From positions 1 to 23,300 of the forward strand of contig JAJFFE010000244.1 of NCBI GenBank assembly GCA_021776775.1: a DNA stretch of 23,300 bases. Direction: 5' to 3'. This DNA comes from Planctomycetota bacterium. Lineage in GTDB: Bacteria; Planctomycetota; UBA8108; UBA1146; JAJFFE01. The notes under the pieces are model-generated. The model did not search any database, had not been told where the DNA came from, and saw nothing but the letters and a program-made list of their open reading frames with translations. Below are positions 1 to 7,703 of this stretch, one piece after another (positions within the stretch are counted from its first letter, which is position 1; each line of letters starts with the position of its first letter). The position numbers and the translations under genes are program-made.

Positions 1-319
1 CCGAAGGTGAACTTCCTCACTGATTCTCTGCGTCACGCCGGCAGCATCAACCCTCGACTGGTAAACGGAGCGTAACTTTCTGAGACGCAGTGGTGGACCA
101 TTCAACCCACACCGATACGGGTTATCACGCACAACCTCGAATTGTGGGGGAGTTGCGCCTCCGCTGCTGTCCGGCATCAACCGCGATAAGCTACAACGAT
201 AGCTACGCTTACGGCAGACAGCACAACGCCGTTCCTCGAGCAGCGCTATCTCAGATTCCGCCGGGATAAACTCGGCGGCGCCGACGGTCGAGGCCGCGGT
301 TGCCGGCTGTTCGGTCTTC

Positions 320-1234
320 GTGGATAGCGCTCCCCGGAGTACGATGACGCCTCCCCCCACCCAACCGAGGAGTCGAGTAGTGACGCTGCGTCTCTGGATG
401 AGTGCCCTGGTCATCGTAGGGGTGACCAACGTGAACGGTGCCGCCGTGCGTGCGCACGGAACGGTTCACACCCGGCTCGCTCGAGTGAACGGGCGGCTCG
501 CGACGTCTCCTCGCGACCCATCGCTTTGGGTCATGCGAGCATCGCTGCATCGCGAGCACCGAGACCTCGATTCGGCGCAACGCGATCTCGATCATGCGTT
601 GGCCTTGGACGATCGACATCACGATGCGCTGCTCGCGCGAGCTGGCTTGGCGCTCGCCCGTCAGCGGTACGACGAAACCATCGATCGTTGTCGCGACCTT
701 ATCGATCATTCGCCCGACGATGCTGGCGCCACGCTCATCTTGGCCCGGGCGTTAACGGCATCGGGACAACTCGAGTCAGCGTTCGACAGCTACGAGCGGG
801 TGATCGAGTTGCTGCCGCGCCCTGCGCCAGACCTGTTCCTCGAACAAGCTCGCGTCGCCCGACGCGCGTTTCCGAACCACCCGTATCTCGCCGCGTGGAG
901 TTTGGAAGCGGGGGTCGAACGGCTCGGCCCGATCGTTTCTCTGGTCCTTCCTCTGATCGAACTCGAGGTCGCATCGGAACTGTACGCAGTGGCCGAAGCG
1001 CGGGTCGATACTCTCCTTCGACAGTCCACCCGCGCCGGTCGTTGGCTTGTTCTTCGCGCCGAGATTCGGCTAGCGGCCGGAGATCATGAACTGGCGCGTA
1101 ACGACGCGGCACTCGCGATCGAATCACTCGGCTCGTCGAAGCGGCGTCCCGGCTCCAAACTCACAACCCAACTTCTTGAACGCGCGAATCGAGTCGTGAT
1201 CGAATCGCACCTCAACCTGGAGAAGCAACCATGA
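320..1234 (+). CDS. TPR-like repeat protein with an N-terminal hydrophobic segment; true start uncertain (later in-frame starts possible)
   Basis: 304-aa ORF with repeated helical A/L/R-rich units typical of TPR/Sel1 proteins (e.g. 'DLDSAQRDLDHALALDDRHHDALLARAGLALARQRYDETIDRCRDLI'). The segment 'VVTLRLWMSALVIVGV' looks like a transmembrane or signal helix. Its stop TGA (1232-1234) overlaps the ATG of the next gene as ATGA, suggesting translational coupling. Family assignment is by eye. Confidence 0.6.
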   Translation: MDSAPRSTMTPPPTQPRSRVVTLRLWMSALVIVGVTNVNGAAVRAHGTVHTRLARVNGRLATSPRDPSLWVMRASLHREHRDLDSAQRDLDHALALDDRHHDALLARAGLALARQRYDETIDRCRDLIDHSPDDAGATLILARALTASGQLESAFDSYERVIELLPRPAPDLFLEQARVARRAFPNHPYLAAWSLEAGVERLGPIVSLVLPLIELEVASELYAVAEARVDTLLRQSTRAGRWLVLRAEIRLAAGDHELARNDAALAIESLGSSKRRPGSKLTTQLLERANRVVIESHLNLEKQP

Positions 1235-3321
1235 CTCGGCTCGTGATTCAGCTGTTGACGCTCATGCTCTTCAGTACGACGGTCTCGGCGGCGGACACGC
1301 TCGTCGGATTCGGTTCGACGTGGAAGTACCTCGACAACGGCACGGACCCGGGACCGCTGTGGACAACGGGTGGGTTCAACGACGCCGGCTGGGCGGAAGG
1401 ACCGGCCGAACTGGGATACGGAGACGGTGACGAATCCACCGTAGTCAGCTTCGGCCCCGACCCGGACAACAAATACGTCACGACATACTACCGGCACGAA
1501 GCCGTCGTCGCCGACCCGTCACTCTACGACAGCCTGATCCTGCGCTTGGTTCGTGACGATGGTGCGGTGGTCTACATCAACGGGACGGAGGTCTTTCGAA
1601 CCAACATGCACGCGGGAACGATCACCTCCACGACGTTTGCCGTCAGCACGATCGGCGGCTCGGAGGAGACGCTGTTCAACCTCGCGATCGTCAACCCTGC
1701 GATCCTCGACCCCGGTTCGAACACGATTGCGGTCGAGATTCACCAACGAGAACCGGACAGCTCAGACACGTCGTTTCGCCTGCAATTGGTGGGTCATCTG
1801 TCCACGGATCCTATCAACGTTCTCCGTGGCCCCTACCTGCAACGCATCGCGCCCGATCGTGCTGTCGTTTGCTGGCGCACGAACGCCTTCACTGACAGTC
1901 GAATCGCTTTTGGCGACTCACCGACGAACCTGACGACCGTGGTCGACGACACCGCGTTGACGTCGGACCACGCGGTCGAAGTCACGGGTCTGTCGCCGTC
2001 GACGGCCTACTTCTACGCCGTGGGCACAACGAACTCGCCCGCTGCACCGTGGCTGGCCGGGGCCGACGCTAGCCACAAGTTCACCACGTCGCCCGCCCCG
2101 AGCGACCCCGGCCCCATACGCGTGTGGGCCATCGGCGACTCGGGTACCGCGGACGCCAACGCCGCGGCGGTTCGTGACGCCTACCTCGGGCTGGCCGGTA
2201 GCGACGCGACCGATCTCTGGTTGATGCTGGGCGACAACGCATACGACGCCGGGACCGACACCGAGTACCAAGGCGCAGTGTTCGACATGTACCCGACGTT
2301 CCTGCGCGAGCTCTCGGTGTGGCCGACGCTCGGCAATCACGACGGGCGCAGCGCAAGTATCACGGGCGAAGGACCGTACTACGCCATGTTCGACTTGCCC
2401 ACGCTCGGTGAGAACGGCGGCTTGGCATCGGGAACCGAAGCGTACTACTCCTTCGACCACGGCAACGTACACTTCGTCTGTCTCGACTCGGAAGGAAGCA
2501 GCCGCTCCCCGGGAAGCGCGATGCTGACCTGGCTCGAGAACGATCTCGCCAGCACCGACCGAGAGTGGATCATCGCATTCTGGCACCACCCACCGTACAC
2601 CGACGGGTCTCACGACTCCGACGACCCGACCGACAGCAGTGGTCGTCTCTTCGACATGCGAGAGAACGTGCTTCCCATTCTCGAAGACGGTGGCGTTGAC
2701 TTGGTCCTATGTGGTCACAGCCACTCCTACGAGCGTTCGTTTCTTCTCGACGCCCACTACGGAGTTTCTTCGACGCTGACTGCCGGCATGACCGTCGACG
2801 GCGGCGATGGCGATCCCACCGGCGACGGGGCGTACGAGAAGCCCGCCGGCGTCACCTCGCACAACGGCGCGGTGTTCGTGGTCGCCGGGTCGTCCGGGAA
2901 AACCAGCTCCGCGACGCTCGCACACCCCGCCATGATCGTGAGCCTCGAAGAGCTAGGCTCGGTCGTACTCGACATCGACGGACGTGAACTTCAGGGACGG
3001 TTCCTACGGTCGAACTCAGCCATTGCCGATACGTTCGTGATTCGCAAGAACGGAGCGTTCATCCGCGGCGACGCCAACGACGACGGAGCGTTCGACGTCG
3101 CTGACCCCGTGACGATTCTCGGCCACCTGTTTCAGTCGGCGTCGGTGAACTGCCGATCAGCCTTGGATTCCAATGACGACGAGTCGCTGAACATCGCCGA
3201 CGCCGTGCACGCTCTTGCCGCGCTATTCTCGGCAGGTGCGCCGCCGACCGCACCGTACCCATCCTGCGGTGCAGACCCCACGCCGGGCGGGCTCGATTGC
3301 GTGTCGTCTTCATGCCCCTGA
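1231..3321 (+). CDS. Secreted purple-acid-phosphatase-like metallophosphoesterase. Layout: signal peptide, N-terminal beta-sandwich module, PAP-N fibronectin-like domain, calcineurin-like phosphoesterase core, C-terminal dockerin-type double Ca-binding repeat with a Cys-rich tail
   Basis: 696-aa ORF with strong GC3 bias. Signal peptide 'MTRLVIQLLTLMLFSTTVSAADT'. Metallophosphatase motifs appear in canonical order: GDSG, GDNAYD, GNHD, WHHPPY, GHSHSYER. A PAP-N-like segment 'VLRGPYLQRIAPDRAVVCWRT...AYFYAV' precedes the core. The C-terminus 'FIRGDANDDGAFDVADPVTILGHLF...LDSNDDESLNIADAVHALAALF' fits the dockerin type I repeat pattern (DxNxDGxxxxxD...L), followed by 'PPTAPYPSCGADPTPGGLDCVSSSCP'. 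Confidence 0.9.
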   Translation: MTRLVIQLLTLMLFSTTVSAADTLVGFGSTWKYLDNGTDPGPLWTTGGFNDAGWAEGPAELGYGDGDESTVVSFGPDPDNKYVTTYYRHEAVVADPSLYDSLILRLVRDDGAVVYINGTEVFRTNMHAGTITSTTFAVSTIGGSEETLFNLAIVNPAILDPGSNTIAVEIHQREPDSSDTSFRLQLVGHLSTDPINVLRGPYLQRIAPDRAVVCWRTNAFTDSRIAFGDSPTNLTTVVDDTALTSDHAVEVTGLSPSTAYFYAVGTTNSPAAPWLAGADASHKFTTSPAPSDPGPIRVWAIGDSGTADANAAAVRDAYLGLAGSDATDLWLMLGDNAYDAGTDTEYQGAVFDMYPTFLRELSVWPTLGNHDGRSASITGEGPYYAMFDLPTLGENGGLASGTEAYYSFDHGNVHFVCLDSEGSSRSPGSAMLTWLENDLASTDREWIIAFWHHPPYTDGSHDSDDPTDSSGRLFDMRENVLPILEDGGVDLVLCGHSHSYERSFLLDAHYGVSSTLTAGMTVDGGDGDPTGDGAYEKPAGVTSHNGAVFVVAGSSGKTSSATLAHPAMIVSLEELGSVVLDIDGRELQGRFLRSNSAIADTFVIRKNGAFIRGDANDDGAFDVADPVTILGHLFQSASVNCRSALDSNDDESLNIADAVHALAALFSAGAPPTAPYPSCGADPTPGGLDCVSSSCP

Positions 3322-3367
3322 ATTTGGCGCGTTCGGCAACGGCAACTCTTGCAACCGCACTGCACGA

Positions 3368-3493
3368 TCAACTAGAACGATCACGTTCTTCCCGGCGTAC
3401 CTCGGCCCGGCACTTGTCGCACAGCTTCCACCCACGCGTCACTTCGGACGCGGTCAACACCGTCTCGCACCGTTCGCATTTTCGATCGGCCAT
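3368..3493 (-). CDS. Candidate small (41-aa) zinc-ribbon protein lying in the gap between the convergent genes ending at 3321 and starting at 3550
   Basis: Minus-strand ATG at 3493 with GAGGGG seven nt upstream (SD-like). Translation 'MADRKCERCETVLTASEVTRGWKLCDKCRAEVRREERDRSS' carries CxxC-x16-CxxC. The ORF sits wholly in the 3322-3549 gap. The track's 130-aa version (to 3760) overlaps the well-supported gene on the opposite strand and is not favoured. Confidence 0.3.
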   Translation of the reverse strand: MADRKCERCETVLTASEVTRGWKLCDKCRAEVRREERDRSS

Positions 3494-3549
3494 GGATACA
3501 CCCCTCGAACTCAGATGACACGACAGGACGCACGATTCCCTCTCACTAC

Positions 3550-3942
3550 TTGAACACCGACTACCTGCTGACATCGACCAACGATCTGGCCGCGCTGCCG
3601 GCGGCGTTGGATTCGCACGTCGAGTTACTGCACTGCGAGCGAGACGAAGACGGCAAGTGGTACGCCACGATCGAAGCGGCAGATTCCGGCGAAGAGCACC
3701 GCACACCAACGCAGGACATCGAAAGTATCCTAGCCGCCCTCGACGCGATCGACCCCGCAATTGCCGAGCTCATCGCGGGCTGCGAGTCGAAAGAGATGAA
3801 CATCGGCTGGCAAGCGTCCTCCGATCGGCCGGAAGGCACCTTCGCCCTACAGCCGCGACTCCTCGGAGAACTGGCCGCTCGCGGAATCGAACTCGCCGTA
3901 ACGATCTACCCGTCGTCGGAGAACCTAGACGAAGACGAATAG
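3550..3942 (+). CDS. Hypothetical small acidic protein (130 aa), TTG start
   Basis: Very strong third-position GC bias along the whole ORF. No in-frame ATG or GTG lies between the upstream stop (3373) and the TTG at 3550. No recognisable domain. No obvious SD. Confidence 0.55.
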   Translation: MNTDYLLTSTNDLAALPAALDSHVELLHCERDEDGKWYATIEAADSGEEHRTPTQDIESILAALDAIDPAIAELIAGCESKEMNIGWQASSDRPEGTFALQPRLLGELAARGIELAVTIYPSSENLDEDE

Positions 3943-3964
3943 TCCGGACTCATAGGTTGAAGTT

Positions 3965-4340
3965 TAGGCGTAGCCAGGCATGGCGTTCAGGTTCTTGGGC
4001 CCGTGACAACAACACGCCACGATGGTGCGTCATCCGGCAAGGGCGCCGCGACCCCGCTTTTGTGGGCGCATCGTGGCGTGGCTCGAACACCAGTGGGTTT
4101 GGGGATGGCGGAGTCGATGGCTCGCCACCGACGATGAGGCACGGGAGTGGGATTGGTCGCCGGATTGCGTGTTGGCAAACAAGCACGGGTGTGAACGACG
4201 GACGGGCGCATCGGGGCGTGTCCGATTCTGTTCGGGGCGATGGGCAGCGGGGATGCCCGATGCTTGCGGGTGTGTGTTGGGTGATGAGAAATGTGCGCTA
4301 GGCGGCGTGATCCGTACCGGGCTGGGTCCGGTCTTCATGG
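3965..4340. repeat. Left arm of a long imperfect inverted repeat (palindromic non-coding element)
   Basis: By-eye alignment shows 3968-4340 is the reverse complement of about 4670-5055. Identity is about 90% over the 3990-4210 core and decays toward the centre. The arms differ by single-base indels (e.g. 'gggtttgggg' vs 'gggtt-gggg'), so the ORFs inside them are not conserved in frame. This argues against coding. Confidence 0.85.
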
Positions 4341-4669
4341 GCAAACGCGGGGCCTCGGCCGGTTGCGCTGATGGGTGCGGCATCGTGCAAACGATGTGAC
4401 GCGAACCGTGCCCACTCCCCGGCTTCGCAGGCGGAGTGTCTTTGCTGACGCATCGGGCTAGATCGCTAGTCGGTGAGGAACGCCTCGATCGACGAGCAAC
4501 AACCCCCGTACGCAAGAACCAGCACTGCCATAACACTCGCGCAACGAGCAGCAGACACCGTGACCAGCAGAGCGTGAAAACCCTGTCAAACGAAAGACGA
4601 CAAAGTTCTAAGATTCATCGTGCGAAACTGAGTCCAAAACAGAGGACCCATTGCGAACGCCAAACCTCG

Positions 4670-5055
4670 TCCGGACGGGATGGCCCAGCCGCATCTCCGA
4701 CAGGGATCACATAGCCCCTGCCAACATCCACATACCCCAACCGACACCCAACGGAGTCGGGCACCTTCGCTGCCCCTCGCACGGAACAGAATGGTTCACG
4801 CCCGATGCGCCGGTCCTTCGTTCTCACCCGTGCTTGTTTGCCAACCCGCGACCCGGCGACCGACCCCACTCCCGTGCCTCATAGTCGGTGGCGAGCCATC
4901 GACTCGGCCATCCCCAACCCACTGGTGTTCGAGCCACGCCACGATGCGCCTGCAAAAGCGCCGTCGCGGCGCCCTTGCCGGATGACGCACCATCGTGGCG
5001 TGTGGTTCAACCCTGGAGGGTCACGGGGCAAGAACCGTGAACGCTACGCCTGGCG
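4670..5055. repeat. Right arm of the same inverted repeat
   Basis: Reverse complement of 4798-5055 aligns base-for-base with 3968-4210 (e.g. 'ccacgatggtgcgtcatccggcaagggcgccgcgac', 'gcgcatcgtggcgtggctcgaacaccagtgggtt'). The outer ~35 bp overlap the 3' end of the minus-strand gene 5021-5356. Confidence 0.85.
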
Positions 5056-5356
5056 GCGAGGCCGACGCGAGCCTATCGACGAGCCGCGTTGTCTCGTCGT
5101 CGCCTCTGTCGGGATGGCCGTCGAGCGTATTGCACAGAAACTTCGGAGTTCCGTAGGTCACCGACCACGTGCCGTCTTCGAGGCGCGACGCCGTGACTTC
5201 GAACGTCGTCTGCACCCCTTCGCGTTCTTGCGACTCGGACAAGATGACCCAGCCCGAGATTGGGGACGGCCAGTCGAACTTCAGCTTCGGGGTGTCGCCC
5301 GTGTCGGACGACGCGATTGACAACACGGAGACCAAGAACGATGTGAGAATCAACAC
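5021..5356 (-). CDS. Small secreted hypothetical protein (111 aa), GTG start
   Basis: AGGAGG lies 8 nt upstream of the GTG at 5356 (minus strand). The N-terminus 'MLILTSFLVSVLSIASS' looks like a signal peptide. Strong GC3 bias. Same orientation as the RecQ-like gene and immediately downstream of it. Confidence 0.55.
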   Translation of the reverse strand: MLILTSFLVSVLSIASSDTGDTPKLKFDWPSPISGWVILSESQEREGVQTTFEVTASRLEDGTWSVTYGTPKFLCNTLDGHPDRGDDETTRLVDRLASASPPGVAFTVLAP

Positions 5357-5370
5357 GGAACAACCCTCCT

Positions 5371-7470
5371 CTAGATCATCCCACGCGAGCCGAGTCGCCA
5401 GCGAACTCGAGCGATCGTGAGCGGCACGATATCGTCCTTGAAGTTCGCCCCTTTGCGCAAGGCGCGAATCGCTTCCTTGAGGGTCACTCCGGAGCCCAGG
5501 TAGTCGTCCACGATCAACATGGCGCCTTGGGGAAGTCGTGTGTGCGCGGGGGTCAATTTGCCGTGCACGTTGTCACGGCGTTGGTCGTTGTTCAACAACT
5601 CGCCCTGCCGCGACTCCGGTTCGGGATCCCACTCCAGCAGGTCGTCGAACACCCGGATGCCCAGGACCCGCTCGATTCGGCGACCGATCGCGGCCCGCTG
5701 AGACCAGGTGCGACTCGGAATCATGACGGCAAACGTGAACGTCGTCGTTTCAGCCAAGCGCAGGAGCGCTGCCTCGAACTGTTCTGCGAGGTCATCGCTC
5801 AGGTCGTCCTGCTCGGCGCGCGACTGCATGAATGCGACGAACTGCGGACTCCGCACTTGCCCGTCGAGGAGTGACAGTCCCGCTTCCATCTTTGGCGCGC
5901 GGGTCGCCGGAATTGCAATGTCACGGTGCGTAACCCAACGACGCGCGGCGGCGAGTTCGGATTCGGCGATCGGCTCGACGGCAACTCCCGGTTGGCAGCT
6001 TCCGCAACGACCACACTCCGTCGCTTCGGTGTCGCCGAGCGCCAAGCGCAACCGCTGCATGGAACAACTCGTCGACGAGCGACCATACTCGAGCATCGCT
6101 TCTAGCTCTTCGGTCCGCACGACGTGTTGTCGTTCGTAGCGCGACAGGTCCGCACGATCTTGTCGATCGGTTTGCAAATACACCTGACGGCGTCCCGCGA
6201 GCCGCTTGACGACGAAGCCTTGCTCGACCAACTCGGCAATCACGACCGTCACCTTGGTCGGGTGCATCCCGGTCAAGGCGCCGATCTGTCGACGCGCCGG
6301 AGCGTTGTCTTCGGCGCCACGTCGCTCCTTCGGCATACACGACAACACAGTCGCAAAGTCTTCGACGGTCGGCTGCGCGGAGCGAATGAAGTACTCCTGT
6401 ACCTCTCGATCGCGCTCGTCGTAGAGAAGGATTCCGGTGGCGGGATCACCATCGCGACCCGCTCGGCCGACTTCTTGGTAGTAGGCGGTGATCGAACCGG
6501 GAACGTCGACGTGCACGATGAAGCGAATGTCCGGTTTGTCGATGCCCATGCCGAGCGCATTCGTGGCGGCGATCACACACTGCTCACCGGTCGTGAACCG
6601 CGCTTGCAGGTCTCGCTTGAGATCCGGCGCCAGCCCCGCGTGGTAGGCGACAACGTTGTGCCCGACGGACGACAGATAACCCGCGATGATCTCGGTATTC
6701 TCTCGCGTCGAGCAGTAAAGGACTCCGCACGCCTTCCCCGCCTGTCCGTACTCTTCGAGCAGCTGCGACAAGCGAACCAGCTTGGCGTCGAGGCCGGGCG
6801 TCGGGATGACCCGTAGCGAAATGTTCGGCCGGTCCATGGTCTGACGCTGGATCGCCGATTCGCCGCCGTCCTCTGCCCGGAACTGGACCAGTATGTCGGT
6901 TTCGGTCCGAGCATTGGCCGTCGCGGTGAGACCGAGCACGCGTAGCTCGGGGCGTACGTTCTGCAGCGCGTGCACCGCGTGCATGATCTGCCGATACGAC
7001 GGCCTGAAGTCATGCCCCCACGTCGAAATGCAGTGCGCTTCATCGACGACGAAGAGATCGATCGGGAGGCTAGTGATGAACTCGAACGTCTCCAAGTTGT
7101 CGAGCCGCTCCGGGGCGACGAACAAGATGCGCAGCTGGCCCTTGCGGGCCGCGGTCATGACCGCCGCGTTCTCTTCCTCGGTTTGGTCAGAGTTGATCGA
7201 CCCCGCGGCCATGTCGAAACGAGTCTTAAGCTGCCCGACTTGATCTCGCATGAGCGCAAGGAGGGGCGAGACCACGAGGGTCATGCCTTCGAGAACTGCC
7301 GCGGGCAGCTGATAGAGCAACGACTTCCCGTGGCCCGTCGGCTGAATGCAGACCAGCCGTCCAGTCTCGAACAGAGTCTCGATTGCCTCCCGTTGTCCGG
7401 GTCTGTAGCCGTCGAAACCGAACCGTTCTCGTAGTACGTCATCCATTGCGGGGGGGATAGCGCTTGCCAT
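5371..7470 (-). CDS. recQ: RecQ-family ATP-dependent DNA helicase fused to a C-terminal ComF/GntX-type phosphoribosyltransferase-like domain
   Basis: 699-aa ORF. N-terminus 'RPGQREAIETLFETGRLVCIQPTGHGKSLLYQLPA' (motif I), 'VVDEAHCISTWGHDFRPSY' (DEAH box) and a RecQ Zn-binding Cys cluster '...CSMQRL...ECGRCGSC'. It lacks the usual HRDC end. Instead the last ~200 aa carry a type-I PRTase signature 'GAMLIVDDYLGSGVTLKEAIRAL', as in ComFC. Confidence 0.9.
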   Translation of the reverse strand: MASAIPPAMDDVLRERFGFDGYRPGQREAIETLFETGRLVCIQPTGHGKSLLYQLPAAVLEGMTLVVSPLLALMRDQVGQLKTRFDMAAGSINSDQTEEENAAVMTAARKGQLRILFVAPERLDNLETFEFITSLPIDLFVVDEAHCISTWGHDFRPSYRQIMHAVHALQNVRPELRVLGLTATANARTETDILVQFRAEDGGESAIQRQTMDRPNISLRVIPTPGLDAKLVRLSQLLEEYGQAGKACGVLYCSTRENTEIIAGYLSSVGHNVVAYHAGLAPDLKRDLQARFTTGEQCVIAATNALGMGIDKPDIRFIVHVDVPGSITAYYQEVGRAGRDGDPATGILLYDERDREVQEYFIRSAQPTVEDFATVLSCMPKERRGAEDNAPARRQIGALTGMHPTKVTVVIAELVEQGFVVKRLAGRRQVYLQTDRQDRADLSRYERQHVVRTEELEAMLEYGRSSTSCSMQRLRLALGDTEATECGRCGSCQPGVAVEPIAESELAAARRWVTHRDIAIPATRAPKMEAGLSLLDGQVRSPQFVAFMQSRAEQDDLSDDLAEQFEAALLRLAETTTFTFAVMIPSRTWSQRAAIGRRIERVLGIRVFDDLLEWDPEPESRQGELLNNDQRRDNVHGKLTPAHTRLPQGAMLIVDDYLGSGVTLKEAIRALRKGANFKDDIVPLTIARVRWRLGSRGMI

Positions 7471-7624
7471 GTCACCTCTCTCAGAGAAATTCGGGAGCGA
7501 AGCTCCTTAGCTAGGACACGCGCGCTACCGCCACTCGCGAGCCAAACCCAAACGCTATTTGCCGTGTACGAATCGCCGGCCCCGGCAGTTCAGCTAGTCG
7601 GCGAGTAGGACCAGCCGGCGATCA

Positions 7625-7638
7625 TTGGGAATTCCCAA
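7625..7638. promoter_or_regulatory. Perfect 14-bp palindrome TTGGGAATTCCCAA in the divergent promoter region between the RecQ-like gene and gene 7704; candidate operator
   Basis: Exact dyad symmetry ~65 bp upstream of the ATG at 7704 and ~150 bp upstream of the RecQ start at 7470. A TATACT -10-like hexamer sits at 7667-7672. Confidence 0.3.
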
Positions 7639-7703
7639 ATCAAAGGCGTCGCAAGACCGGTCGCTGCTTATACTGGTGGCTTCCCCTAAGACAAGGAGAT
7701 CGC

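Noticed and set aside
1-75. Possible 3' end of an upstream + strand gene (…PKVNFLTDSLRHAGSINPRLVNGA*)
   Set aside because: Only 24 codons are visible and third-position bias is weak. It cannot be supported from this window.
251-709. 152-aa minus-strand ORF and the 187-aa + ORF 526..1089
   Set aside because: Both overlap the TPR gene in other frames and are Arg/Pro-rich with low complexity, typical of shadow ORFs in GC-rich DNA.
3058-3072. 'RGD' tripeptide at the start of all three dockerin-type modules (FIRGD[AC]N)
   Set aside because: The G-D belongs to the first Ca-binding loop (GDxNxDG) of the dockerin repeat. Reading it as an integrin-binding RGD motif would be over-interpretation in a bacterial context.
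3368-3760. 130-aa minus-strand ORF (long form)
   Set aside because: Its N-terminal two-thirds run antisense to gene 3550-3942, which has excellent codon bias. Only the C-terminal 41-aa zinc-ribbon part, with its own ATG and SD, is retained as a candidate.
4340-4670. Possibility that the palindrome centre encodes a retron-like msr/msd or a CRISPR leader
   Set aside because: No reverse-transcriptase or cas gene is nearby. There are no short regular direct repeats. The symmetry is a single long inverted duplication, not an array.
3950-5320. ORFs inside the inverted-repeat arms (4022..4399 +, 4030..4536 -, 3950..4186 -, 4796..4993 -, 4680..4985 +, 4805..5320 +)
   Set aside because: The two arm copies differ by single-base indels that break every frame (MVRHPARAPRPRFCGRIVAWLEHQWVWGWRS... 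vs MVRHPARAPRRRFCRRIVAWLEHQWVGDGRV...). So the conservation is at the DNA level, not the protein level. ORF 4805..5320 also overlaps the well-supported minus-strand gene 5021-5356.
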